Positions 1 through 13,138 of a DNA stretch of 64,000 nt are shown here, in pieces. The stretch comes from Curvularia clavata (lineage: Eukaryota), in assembly GCA_023920165.1 (NCBI GenBank), contig CP089278.1, positions 2,852,001 to 2,916,000 on the forward strand, read 5' to 3'. The notes under the pieces were generated by a model. That model was not told where the DNA came from and did not search any database. It saw nothing but the letters and a program-made list of their open reading frames with translations. Numbering within the stretch: position 1 is the first letter of the stretch; every line of letters begins with the position of its first letter. A program made the position numbers and the translations under genes.

Positions 1-283
1 TCCACGTGTTCGGGGCGAATGTGAGCGCTCAAAATAATAACTGAGAGTAGCTGCAAGCTTCACAGGACTTGAACTCACCTACAATTGCTTCCTCGTGATC
101 GTGATGCCCAAGCTATCGCGTGATAATGACACTTGGGGTAGAAAAGAATGAGGTATTCCAGGTAGGGGTGTGAAGAATAGCGTTGGTGCTGAACATCACT
201 AGGATAAAAAGAGGGACAGAACAATTTAGGAAATGATCCCTTGAGGTTAAATTCCACGTATCAAAGGTAGCGTACAGGGAGAG

Positions 284-313
284 CTAGAGGCGAGCGTCGA
301 GGCGCATTGCCAT
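284..313 (-). other. Candidate uORF (MAMRLDARL*) in the 5' leader of a minus-strand gene lying off the left edge
   Basis: ATG at 313 in a strong context (cccaaaaATGGC) with TAG at 286-284. A pyrimidine-rich leader follows, then a GTGAGT donor at 78. No downstream CDS is inside the window. Confidence 0.3.
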
Positions 314-2389
314 TTTTGGGATAGATTGAAATGATTCTGCTTTTCTCCTTTCTCGTAGCTTTTCTTTTTCAGAACACGAGGAAATGAAAGCAGATAGGTA
401 TTCTTTTGAATGAGCCAAGGGTGACAATGTGAGAGTTTGATTAGGGAAATGTACAAAGCTTAGGTGCACTTCGCATTGTCTTGTTTGGGACGCGGTCGTG
501 ATAGAGGGTGGCAGCTAGCTGACTGGAATGGGAGGACGCGTGAATGAGCGAACAGGGAAAGGTAGGTAAGTTAGACGAAGCCCTTGAGCCTTTAACTGTT
601 ACAAGAGCGGGTTTGTGATGGCTTTTAAGAGGGTTATGTGTATATCGTGAGGAAGAGCAGTGATTGTCTCTAGTTAGATATTACCCCAGCTGAACGTCGC
701 GTCTTAGCGTGTGGCTGGGATCCGTATCACATGTCAAGCTAATCTAGATAGTGCTCTGGCGGAAAGGCATGTTCAGTGATGGACTTGAGGCAACTACCGG
801 GTATTTGGCCTGCAAGAGCGCAGTAGTCCCGCACAAGCGAAGAGTTGACGAGGCTGAAAATAGAAAGTAGCCGTGTCCGGTGACACGGTGCTGGACATAC
901 GCGACCATTCACTTTCTTCTTTTAGCGGCAGGCGAAGCCGAAAAAATCAAGATACATAAGCTACTTCGCGTATTGTTTTTTGACTGTGGCTTACGACTTG
1001 CAGAGCGGGGTTGAACTAGTTGCACGGAGCTGAGGCTCATCACTGCATCTGCATTGCATGTTGAAGCAATGTGTCAGTCCTTCGTATCCCATTGCGGATT
1101 GTCGTGAGTCCTCATCTGAAGGAAATGAGCTGTACGATCTATGCCAAGACATGACCACAGGTGCTGACTGCACGCCCACGCGGGTTCCCAAACTCGGTAC
1201 TGGCTATTGCGCGTGAGAACTCCAACGCATGGGTGTCGCATGCCTTCAGGGTTCAGGGAGGCTGGGGATCGACTACGTAATTGAGTTTTAGTTTGAACTG
1301 GTGCACGAGGTGGTCAATCGTATCGTTCATGGAGGAGGGCACGTCCGTCGAGCCAAGTTGGTTAGCACCCTCGGACCTCTTTTGCGTCTGCTCTTTGGCC
1401 CAGCCGCTTTTTTACGCACCGCGGAGGCGTACTATGTAACGCGTTCAGCAAGCCGGTTTGGCACATGCAGCCGGGTACGTACTAGTCAGAAAACAGACGA
1501 TAAGATGCGACGTGGTTCCAGCAGTACGCGCAACCACTGGACCGCTAACTTTCTGATTCAGGCACGGCAATGGTAGACATGTTGGTTCGGGTTAAACTTA
1601 ACAGTGGTTCAAAGATCCCGAAGCAGCACGGCCACGTCGGCACGCTGCTGTCGGCGGCCCACACTTGGGGTAACATTGGGACCGTGCCGTGCAAGCGCCT
1701 TGATTGGATTCGGACGTTTGCTCGTGGTCGGCGGTTCCAAGACCGGAAGCCCTTCTATTTTGGACTTGAAACGCTCAAAACATGACATCCAGAGAAATGT
1801 CAACCATACCGGCATCTCGTCTTCAAGCTTTGAGTAGGCGGTGATGTACCCGTAAGGCTTACATGTATCCTGTGCTTATTCGACCTGATCGGTAAGTGTG
1901 TTCAAGGATGCAGGTCGGCTTTTGGAAAAAAAAAAGAGAAAAGGAGATTCTGAATAAGAGATATAAGCAGCCAGAGCGGATAATGAAGATTGTCCCTGTT
2001 GTAGTTTGGTTCTCCCATTCCTGGTCGGTTGATCGGCATGAGATAGGCCAGATGGGGGCGCTAAAGCGACCTGTCCCGCGCGATTTCAGCCACAGCCGTC
2101 ACATCAGCTCGCCTCTCTGCCATGGTAGTAGCAGCGACAACACCCTAGCCGTTCAGTGGGGGGCCGTGATATACTTGCGTGCTGCAGCTTGCAGCTGCAG
2201 CTGCGGCCTGAGCGTCCGATGGAACTGCCTACCATATGCCGACCGTGTCCCTGTCCTGACTGCTAATCTCTTTTCTTATGTCATCTCGTACTTCAGACAT
2301 AGTCTACTAATTGAGCCCAGCGACCTCTTTGAGGAGTGCCTTTCGCAACGTTCCATAGCTTCATAGAGATCTTTGCTCGGAAAACCACT

Positions 2390-3100
2390 ATGGAGGTACA
2401 GACAATGTCCAAGCCGCTACTTAAAGAAGATTGCAATTGACACTTGGACTAGGATACCACGATATCAGGACCATACGCATGCAGCCATGGACGATTCGAC
2501 GCTCAACTAGTACCATACATAGCACCAGGTTCTCTGGACCACCTGGAGGCGATCAAACGACTGCTATCAACACTACCACCCCCTCCTCCGTATACAAATA
2601 GCCCCCGGTGGCAGGCTGCACAAGCGGTGGGTGCGCACTCGGCGACAGGGCCAGCATGTCAGCACTCGCATCTTGAATACGACCGACTGGCGAGACCAGG
2701 ATTTGTGTCGCAACCTTATACTCCCTTTTCACGGCCGCCAAGTCCCGATGTGGATGACGTACCCCTTGGACATATGGTCTCTACGCAAATGTTCTGGGAA
2801 GAAGAAGGAGACGACGACGACGACAGGTCATGTTCAGACGAAGCACCGCCGTCGTATGCAGTAGCTGTAGGGCAAAGCGACCGCGATAGGCTGCTGCGGC
2901 ATTTCTTGCATGGTCACGGGGGGTACGGGGAGGTGGATGAAGAGAGCGGGCTGAGGCTGGACATGGCCTTGGAAATGCAGAGGCGGGAGGACGAGCGGTA
3001 TGCTGTCTTGAAGATTGTGGGCATGTTTGCGGTGGCGATTGTCTTGTTTGCTGTCTCGGGGGTGTTGGGATGGATGGTGCTGGGCGGGATACTGCAGTGA
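2390..3100 (+). CDS. Hypothetical tail-anchored membrane protein with PPxY motifs
   Basis: Exon 1 2390-2395 (ATGGAG), intron 2396-2452 (gtacag...ttgac...tag), exon 2 2453-3100 open. Contains LPPPPPY and APPSY, an acidic run and one C-terminal hydrophobic helix (IVGMFAVAIVLFAVSGVLGWMVLGGIL). Confidence 0.65.
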
Positions 3101-3538
3101 CGTTGGGGGCGGGGTCATGGGTAGAGGACAGCATGGGTACGGCGTTTGGTGAACATGGGCGGGCATCTGTTTTAAGGGTGTGGCGTTTACATACGGGGGT
3201 TGAATACCACGTTGTCGTTCCTGTTGGGTAGCATTTCTTGGATACTGGGCATACATACTGGGCCGACAATATGGAATAGGGTTAGGCTGAGACGAACACG
3301 AATAAAAGTAACCGACATGAGTTTTATGATACGCTGTAGCTGTCTCGGATGTTAGTAGCGACTCAGCAAAACAGCCAATGTAACTCACCTGAGGTTGAGC
3401 CCGATGCCGCTGTGTAGCTGTTCTAACTGGCGCAATCACGTGATAGCTTTGCTAAGTCAGCAGCGTGGTGTATTGGGTGGACCCTGGCGGCGGGCTTTGG
3501 TGGGTCTGGAGCACAGCAGAGATGAGATGGGATGAGAA

Positions 3539-3558
3539 GGCCAGGCCAGGCCAGGCCA
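3539..3558. repeat. (GGCCA)4 microsatellite
   Basis: ggccaggccaggccaggcca read directly. Confidence 0.8.
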
Positions 3559-4001
3559 AGCAGATACCGATGCAGAGACGTATCCGCATGTTGAGCGGCT
3601 GATTCATCAGAGGCATTTTGCTCGTCATGCCGCCAGCCTATAGCGGGCGCCCCTCGCGTCCGCCCCCAGGCTGCTGACGGGCGCGGCGCATGCCCGCCGT
3701 TGAGTCGAGCAACCCCGCCGCATTCGCCCATTGCGCAGAGCCCGCCGCGGGCATTCATAGGCACAAGGACAGCGCAGCAAAGAGATAGAAAGCCAAAAGC
3801 AGCCGTGCCGTCAGCCCTGAGGCGCGCTGCTGGGATGAGCCAATAGCCCTGCAGCCTGGCGGGGCATCCTTCACACAGCCTTGGACCGTTTTGGGCAGTG
3901 CCCAGCTCGCTGTCAGCCGCAGCCGCAGCACAGCAGCCCTCGCAGTTATCCTTGACTGCACCCCACCCGCACCGTGTTGCCTTCTCTCTCCTCCCAGTCT
4001 C

Positions 4002-6380
4002 ATGAATTCCATGAACACCCGCTTCAAGAACCTCGTGGGTTCCAAACGGAAGAGCTCCTCACACAACTCGTCCTCGACGTCCCCAGCTCCCTCCACCACG
4101 CCCCAGCAGCAACCCCAACGGCCCACGTCGCTCTCGCCTCAGGCCTCCAATTCCAGCAGCTCTTCGCTCCCCATGAATCCTCAAAATCCCCTCGGCCGCC
4201 CGCCCTCGTACACATATGCGCCTCCAGGAGGCTTGGGAGCGCCGCCTTCAGCACACGGCCGCCCTGCCAGTCCGCTGCCCCCCATCAACACCGGCGCGCC
4301 TGGCTACCCTCCCCAGCAGCCGCCCTACCCTCCCCAGGCTGGGCCCCCAGGATACCCCCCTCAGGCTGGCCCTCCTCCAGGCGCTGCCTATGGCCATGGC
4401 TACGGTGCTCCCCCACCAGGTGCGCCCACGCCTCATGGCCCGCCCGCCGCCTACAACAGACCCAACACCATGGCCGAGGTAGCAGGAGAGGGCCGCTCCA
4501 AGGCTCAGCTCATTGTGGGCATTGACTTTGTAAGTAGCCTTGGCCACAAACGCACGCACACATGACAAACACACACGTACATGTGCTGACAAGCACCCCC
4601 AGGGCACCACCTTCTCCGGCGTCGCATTCGCTTTTGCAACAAACACCGAGGCCAAGGAAGACATCATCACCGAGTGGCCTGGCGCAGGCAACCAGACTAA
4701 GCAGAAGATTCCTACCGTCCTCTACTACGACCAGTATCAGAAGGTTGTGGGTTGGGGCCCTGACATCGCCGATGCTTTGGCCCCCACCGGCTACCCCAAG
4801 CCGGGTGTGCAAAAGGTCGAGTGGTTCAAGCTGCAGCTGATGCTGTCTGGAAACACATACATTGACCCCATCAACCTGCCCCCGCTACCCCCAGGCAAAT
4901 CTGAAATCGATGTCGCCGCCGACTACCTCTTCCACCTCCGTCAGGCCATGCGCAACCAGCTGCAGAAGACCTTGGGAGAGGTATTTAACCGAGAAGAGCG
5001 CAACATCCGATACTACCTGACTGTTCCTGCCATCTGGAACGATGCTGGCAAGGCTGCCACGCGCGCGGCCGCTATCCAGGCTGGTTTCCTTCGCGACGAA
5101 AACGACAACAGGCTGACGCTCATTACCGAGCCTGAGGCTGCCGCCATGTTCTGTTCAAAGACGGGTCTCCTCAACCTCAAGATCCACGACGCTGTGCTCA
5201 TTGTCGACTGTGGTGGTGGTACCGTCGACTTGATCGCCTACGAGGTCGAAGAGGAGCAGCCCTTTTCCGTCGCAGAGTGCACAGCAGGTTCCGGTGACTC
5301 GTGCGGTTCTACGGCGCTCAACCGCAACTTCAGTAACATTCTGCGCGCAAAAATCAGGAAGATGAAGCTTCCCGATGGCTCAAAGACGGCCGGCAAGGTC
5401 TACGCCAAGTGTATCATGGACTTTGAGAACAGGATAAAGGCCGATTTCCGTAACAACGGTCAGAAGTGGGCTGTTGATGTGGGTATCGAGGCCGAGTTCC
5501 CAGAGGCGGGCATCGAGGAAGGATACATGACCTTTACCAACGAGGAGATTCTGCAGTGCTTTGAGCCGGTAGTGAACCGAATCCTTGAGCTTGTCAGGAA
5601 CCAGATTATCGCCATCCAGGCGCAGAACAGGTCATTACAGGTGGGTGCTTCTTTCAGACGTCTCAAAACTTGAATACTGACTCGAATAGAATGTCCTAGT
5701 CGTTGGTGGTTTTGGTGCTTCGGAATACCTCTTCCAGCAAATCAAGCTGCACGTCCCGCCCCAATTCCAGTCCAAGGTTGTCCGGCCTATGGACTCGGTC
5801 GCTGCTATCGTCAAAGGAGCCGTTACAGCCGGTATCACCGAGCGTATCGTCACACACCGTGTCGCACGTAGGCATTATCTCATGGCTACCCTTCAGCCTT
5901 TCAAAGAGGGCCACCACCCAGAACAGTACCGTGTCCCTTCGCTCGACGGCAAAGACCGATGCAAATACACGCGTCAGATCTTTGTACAAAAGGGCCAGAG
6001 AGTCAAGATTGGCGAGCCTGTCAAGGTCTCGTTCTTCAGGCAAGTGGCGCCGGGCGCAACTCTCATGTACGAGGACATCCTCTACGCGTGCGATGACGAT
6101 GTTTGCCCCGAATATACCAAGGACCCTCGTAAGTTTCCCAAATCAGACGCTCGTGAGAAATCCCCTAACACAACCGCTAGGCATCAAAGAAGTTGTCACG
6201 TTGACGTCTGATTTGTCTCGCAAAAACCTCGAAAAAGACTTTGAACGAATGGATACCCCACAAGGCACATTTTACCGTGTATACTTTGACATTTACCTCA
6301 CTCTCGACGGCTCAGAGTTCAACGCTGAGCTCGTCTGTCAGGGCGAGGTCATGGGCCGATGCACTGCCCGCTTCAGGTAA
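4002..6380 (+). CDS. Hsp70-family (HSPA12-like) actin-fold ATPase with a Pro/Gly/Tyr-rich N-terminal extension
   Basis: Exons 4002-4529, 4603-5640, 5690-6128, 6181-6380 with GT-AG introns. Motifs IVGIDF|GTTFSG, LTVPAIW, LITEPEAAA, IVDCGGGTVD and LVVGGFGASEYL. No C-terminal EEVD. Confidence 0.93.
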
Positions 6381-7168
6381 TCTTTGGCACCCTTTTGGGG
6401 AAAAAATGGAAATGCGCGCAAAAGTTGCTTTTGGCTATCTATATACATATACACACACTCAATTTATGTATACTTTTGGGGCATCTTTGTTTCTGTTTGT
6501 TTTCGGTTCACTTCAGAAACGGCCTTAGATGGGTGGGCGGGGAAACAAAGGGGAGGTGGGAGGTTTTCTTGTCTTCTCCCAAAGCCTTCTTCTCCGGAAT
6601 CATGTCACATAATGGGGGTTCTTTTTTTGTTCTTTTGGTTAATAGTTGTTGGATCTCACTCAGCATACCCATCCATCAAACGTTGAATAATAAAATCTCC
6701 TTCTTGGGGTCTTTTGGTCTTGGCGTGTGTGTAAGAGGGGAAGATGATTACGGCCGTTTGCCATGACTTAGCATTGGGACTGGCGGACAACGGACATCGC
6801 CTTGTCATAAAAGAAATAGGTAAAAACGGTCGAACTAGTCCTACGAATTCTAGGCATGTTCAGACTGACGTCAGCAGTTGATTGATCGAGGCAGATACAC
6901 GTCCACGAATCCAGCCTTTTCGGTCTACCCTCTCAATAACTTGGGCATAGCGACATACCGAAGAAGCCACATCTTTCCTTTTCCGAGCCATTTTCGATTC
7001 GGATTGTGGTCTGAAACTTTGGTATCGCATCTTCTCAAATTTTTCACTGAACGTGAAGATTTCTCATCTTCAAACACGGAACTTCGATGCTATCACTCAG
7101 CAGTTCACCATCTTAACGCTACCCGTCCCTTCCCTTCTTCTCTCCACCTTCCAATAAGAAGAACCTTC

Positions 7169-9020
7169 TCATACCGGCAGATTATCCGCTTTACTCAACC
7201 TCCTCACGCCCTCGGCGTTCCTATCCTCCGCCAGCACCGAAGCAAACTTACTCGCCTTGCGAATCTGCGGGCCCTTCCAATAGAAGATATAAATCGGCAC
7301 AACCACAAGACATGACAAACCTGCTAGCACCGTCGTCGCGTACTCTGAGCGTTGCGGGGACGAAGAAGCGAGATTGTGGTAGAGAGGTGTAGCGTACATG
7401 GCTGAGATGCCAGCGAGAAAGTCGCGCGCGAAGGCGTTGCCGCCGGTCGCAGAGGCAGAGTAGGGTCCGTAGGCGGCGATCATGTAGTCGACTGAGGAGT
7501 AGTAGATTGCAAAGTTTGCGAGGCCGACAAGGAAGGAGAAGATCATGGGAGCGATCCAGTGGGTTTGGGGAGGTCCCATGCCTATGTGTGAATTAGTTAG
7601 TTGGGTGCTTTTTTGTCGAAAAATGACATAGGGAACGAGAAAAAGAGAGAGGGGGTCTTACAAGTCCATGCAAAGCCAAACAGCCCTATAGGTTCGAACA
7701 GCGCGAGCAGCAGAAGTGGCTTCAGACGCCTCTCTGGTGTCATCCAATCCGGACCATTCTTCTTCCGCAAGTGGTCGTCGCGCCAAAACCACGGCCAGTA
7801 CAGAAAGTACGTGAAGAAGTAAGATGCGTTGATAGGAATAAACGCCCATGCGACTTGCAGCGTGCCGAAGCCAAAGTTGTTCGGGAATGTAACGTTGAAG
7901 GCCTCAAGGAAGGTGAAGATGAGAGCGTCAGAGAAGCCGGAGAGAAGAGACAGGAGCAGCACAATGGGCTCGCGGATGAACATTTCGAAGGGGCGAAGCC
8001 AGATTTTACCGGCTTCTTTGAGAGAGATACGGGGCTTCTTTAGTTCGTTGGGGCCGTAGACATTGGGGTCTTCGCCGGTCTCGCGGCGCCGCTTGGCTTC
8101 GCGGTCGATGAGGATGGTGGCTCTGCTCTCTGGCATGAAGAAGTGGATGGCTTGGACGACGACGCCGAAGATGAGTTGAATCCAGAAGTTCCACTGCCAA
8201 GTAAGATCTAGAATGCGAATATCAGTATCTGCTTACTGGACTTGTTGATATAAAGGGAACTTACAGCGTTCGATGGGACCGCCAATGACACCGCCAATAC
8301 TGGTTCCGATCGTCGACGACAGCACAATGAAGCACAGCGGCCAATGCTGTGTTTCTGGTTCGTACATGTCCGCAATGAGACCAAGCGTGACACTACCTCC
8401 AGCAGTGGAAAGGCCACCCTAGTACCATCAGTATCAGGAGCATGCGAGAACCGTTTCGGATCAAGACTCACCAACGCTCTACACACGACAATTGTCCCAA
8501 AATTCGGTGCCACCGAGCAAGGTATTTCCCAGATGTTAATCAAGAACATGCTCAGCTGCAGGATTGGCCAGCGGCCAAATTCCTCGCTCCATGGTGCCCA
8601 AAGCTCGCATCCAAACGAGTAGAAGACGAGATATATCATCTGGCCCACACGAGCGGCTTGCGTGCTGATGCCAAAGTGCTCGGCGACGGGGTTGACGGCG
8701 CTAGGGTACACGGAGGTGTTGAAGTTCATGGAGATCTGGATACCGGCGATCGAGGCGAGATACATGGCTTTTTTCCACTTAGGCCACGAGTATGCAAGCT
8801 TGTCCCAGCATTCCCATTCGCGCAGTTCGCGCTTACCATCTGGTCTCGGGGCCATGGAGGGATGGGGCCTTCCCTGAGGGTCAATGGGGACATTGTCTGT
8901 TTGCGAGGGCTTTTCTTCATCGCTTGTTGGAAGACTTGGTCGACGGGAATCAGTTTCTTTCTCGGAAACCGGGCGCGAGCCTGTTGGTGTAGGGGAAGAA
9001 GACCGCGATTTAGCGACCAT
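7169..9020 (-). CDS. MFS transporter, DHA1 drug/polyamine:H+ antiporter-like
   Basis: Exons 9020-8472, 8418-8265, 8207-7662, 7581-7169. Motifs WPKWKK, WAPWSEEFGRWP, MPES, PFEMFIREPIV, PERRL and YGPYSASA, with multiple TM helices. Confidence 0.92.
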
Positions 9021-9974
9021 TGTCGCGAGGTTGGGCTGGGAAAGTTAGGGCTGGAGAAGAGGCTCAGGTTGTGTGGGATGGGGCTCTTCTTGAACGCCAG
9101 CAAAAATGTCCACATTTTGTCTTACTCCGCCAACCCCATGACGTCTGGTCTTAACGCTGCTTGCGGAGAACGACTAAAGCCTCCAGTCCAGAGAGAGCAT
9201 GTCAGCGTGGGTCTCGTCATCACAGACCGCAGCGAGCGCACAACATCGGCTGGACGTTGAGATCGGGAGACTGGGATGTCATCGACGAACAACATGGAGC
9301 ATGAGGTTCGTAGTAAGTGGATCCTGGCTTGACGGCATACCAGGTGCTCTTTGGCGGCAGACCCCTGTGGGCCCCAACTATCTGACGACAAGCTTGCGCC
9401 TGTATAGGCGATGTACAGTGAAAAATCAGCAAGTGATGTTCGAGGCCCACTTGTTACAGTGCATCCGCCGACGAAACCATGATGGATCTGCATGCGGCTC
9501 AAAATAAAGATGGATTGGGTGGGTCCAAGTTTAGAGCCCGCAGACCGTCAAGACTTGGCTGATAAGCCTTGGGTTGCTTGAATCCGTCTCACCTTGTGCA
9601 GACGAGTATGCCTGATCGTCAAGTCTTTGGTTGGAACATAGTCGACACATGGTAGGGTTAAGGTTTGATGAACGAACATCAAGAGGAGTGTCGTAGCAGT
9701 TTCTTTAATCCCTTGAATGACGAGACGCCTTTATGCGTTCTTCGCATTGACCCTGCTGCTGTGTTCGTCCGACTGGGGTATGGGTGGGTGCGAGAGGCTC
9801 TGCGGGTAAAAACTCTTAGTGCGTTGGTTTGACATCATTGTACATGCGTCGAGAATCCTACTGCAGCTCTCGACACAACCGCCATGCTCGCGCGTCGCAT
9901 TCATGTCCCTCAGTAAATGACGTGGGGGATCTTTGTGCAGAGTATGCTTTTGTGAATTTTTGTCTTGCTTTCGT

Positions 9975-10500
9975 AGCGTCTCGAGACCGAAAGACGTTCT
10001 TTGAACGAGCCAACTATGACGCAACTGACTAGCTCCAGCCTTATGCTAGCGCGGTGCTCACATTCACGACTCGAGCTTTCCCACAGCCAATAAAACCAGT
10101 GGGTCAAAACAAACTCGCCTACAAATACAAGCTGTCAAAGTAGTAAACAATAAACTACTATGACAACGACAGCTACTTTAAGGAGTAGAGTCATCGGTAC
10201 AAAGCATACGATAAACAAAAGATAACTGTGACTATTACAGTTACTTTTACAAATTAGTTGTAAGTGCTACAAATGTAGTAAATAACAGATACCTGTGACA
10301 ACTACACTTGCTTCAAAAGTAGGATTGCAAGTGCTAAAAACAGGGCAACAAAACACCCAAAAGGACTAAGACAACATCACGAAGAAGGCAAGAAAAGTCA
10401 TATCAACCAGTGGTAAAGAGAACAGAGCAGATAGGTAGGGCGGCCCCCAGACGCGGCCGTCGAGGCAAGACAAAATTTCAAAAGAACGATACACGATGAG
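9975..10500 (+). pseudogene. AT/TpA-rich relic, possibly a RIP-decayed coding fragment
   Basis: Local drop in GC with dense TAG/TAA/TAC triplets (10140-10330). Broken protein-like pieces such as SRDRKTFFERANYDATD*LQPY and CKCYKCSK*. Confidence 0.3.
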
Positions 10501-13138
10501 AACGAGAAAGAACAAAACCTAGCATCGCGCAGCATCTTGGAGTCGACGAATTGATCGCATTGAGTACATCTAGGTGGCGGAAGTGGACCAATCGTATCAG
10601 CCAGAGGAAGTCGTACCCAGCCATCTTCTTGTTGATTTGCTGTACTCATTGATATTTCATAGCCTCAAAATATCACTTGCCGAATCCCCTGTCCTATTTC
10701 ATATGCATGAAATCTTCTACTTTATACTAACTCATGAGCATACAACGGAGGGTCGGACATGAAATTTCCTACCTCACCTGAGTAGTACGTCGGTGCCGTG
10801 CATACGGCGACTTCATGTTACTAAGGAAACTTGAGTGCTAGTTCAAGATTCTAGTAAAGTTCTCGAATACGATGATAATAGCCGTGTGGATCCCAATTAT
10901 TGGTTCTAAGGGAAATCTTTCTTCACGGCTACATGCAAGGTCCCCCAAACAACAAAAAAAAAGCCACAATAAAGCGTTTCTGACTCAGGATGGAATTCAG
11001 GGACCATCGCTTATTTACATTCTTCCTTCTTTGGATTTATCGTTGAATACATCAGGAAAACGATAATCCTTCCTATTCGCACGTTCTTATCGCTGAGGCT
11101 GTCGATCATCGTTCCTGCCAAGAAGATCCTACATATGCCATATGCCACAACCGCCATCTCCTCGTTTCAGACATCCCATGGTCCCCTTTTGTTGGGGAAG
11201 GGAGAGGCTTTCGAACGCCGCCGGTGTTACCCGGTGCTAAAGAGTCAAACATCGCCGTGTGGCTTGCATGCACAAAATATCCGCGCTGCGCCGTCAACAT
11301 TGCCATGACTCTCCACAGCGTACCCAACCATCCAAAAAGAACTATTGCTAGACATGAGTCACCAAGGGGAGATGACAAAGAACGCGCCTAGGTACTCCAC
11401 ATCAGGCCCAGGCATACCTCGCTCTCGGCTCTCAGCATCTGTCAGCGAGACGAACCCACAAAAAAGCAGCGCGACCGTTAGTTGAAAAAAAAGGGTAAAA
11501 GCAAAGCGAAGCGAAGCCTCAAGCGAACAAGGCCCGGCCTTTTTTAAGCTTTCGGTCTTCTCCTCACGCACCCGGCGCTAGTTCTGGGTGTCTGTGCACG
11601 TGACTTGCAAATATGGTGAATAGGCTGATACGAAAAAGAAGGCAAGAGAGACCAGACAGAGGCGAAGGCGTCTGGGCTGAATTTCAGTATCATATTTGCA
11701 ATTCCAATTGTGTGCGAAATACGACAGTATCGCATCTAGTTTCATCATCGTTCCTGTTTCGTCCCCAACAAACAAAAGGGGAATGTAATCAATCTAGACT
11801 CCTTCCAACGGTTGCCCCAATCTTCCCACACAAGCACGGGATAGCCATTGTTTTCTCCCCAGCGCGTGCATGTAGGTGAATACTTTGTAGTTGATACCTA
11901 TGCGCTCATGTCAAACATAAAAGCAAAGCAGAAAGGGTTCAACAAACACCTCCTCGTCCCTATTTTCTCAACACATCACGTCGCAACCCACCCACCGGCA
12001 CAGCACAGCACAGGCATGGCGCACAAGCACCGCACAGAGCCGCGTACCTACGCCAACCGAAGGCACAAGCGAACGGGCGGGGCGTCCGAGAAGCCATGAA
12101 GCCGACTCTTGGGATTCTCATTGTTGGGCGTAAAATACCATTATCAATACCAATGCCAATGGGACTGGCACGTGTGTCCACAATATTCACTCACACAACA
12201 CAATAGATAGTTCCGGACATGCGCGGTGAGGCTGAGCGCCACCCATGTACTATCTTTCTCCATACGAAGCTAGTTAGTTGTAGCTAGCGACGCTAACCGG
12301 TGGAAAGCTGGTGAGCTACACCACTTTGACCACGGAGCGGGGAGCGAGTCACGGCGGCAGAGCTGACCCCCAGTGTCGGGCGAGAATCTAGACGCAGAAG
12401 CGGGATGGAGGGAATTTGTTTAATTTTAGGGTCGGTAGCCTAAGTAGCGTGTGCAACTACGTAAGGGTGCATGCTAGACTGGGGAGGCCTAATGTGTTTG
12501 CGAGTCTCGCATGCTGGGATGAGAAATGGTGCAGGTCAGGCGGATGGTTGGCTAGATGGATATATGGATGCGGGGCGCAAGGGCAAGGACAAGGGCAAGG
12601 GATTGAAAGTTAGAGTTTTCAGGCGTTTGTTATTCTACCCTGGTGTACGTAGAGGGCTGGCGTAAGATGAGTACGCATTGTAAGCGACAAGAAACGGCTG
12701 ATGATGCGTAGCTTACACATACTCGGCCAAGTTTCTTGTCTACGGGACACACTCGGTAATTGCGCATCCTCAAACACGAATTTTTTGTTCGGCTGCGAAT
12801 TCAATGTGATGGAAATAATTTTGGATTGAGGAATTATGCCAATTGGAAATATCTATGCATATGCTGTGCATCGCTGTCCTATAGAGCCCGGATTTGAAAC
12901 AACAAAGGAAAAAAAGTGCGAAAAAGGGTATATTGGTATAGTCAGTTGGTGAAGCTGGCTGCTCCCAGTGTTTCGGCCCTGTCCCAAAACGCCAAATAAT
13001 GCTCTTTTTGTCGCAAAAGTGCGACGTCTAGTTGCGATGCGGGATGCGGAAATGAGTACGTGTTCAGTACGAAAGCAGGCTGGTGTAGAGCCCATTGATA
13101 GAAACGAAAAGAAAAGATTCGAGTGTTCATTACGAGGC

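Noticed and set aside
871..888. CCGTGTC-cggt-GACACGG hairpin
   Set aside because: A 7-bp stem is expected by chance in 64 kb, and there is no supporting context.
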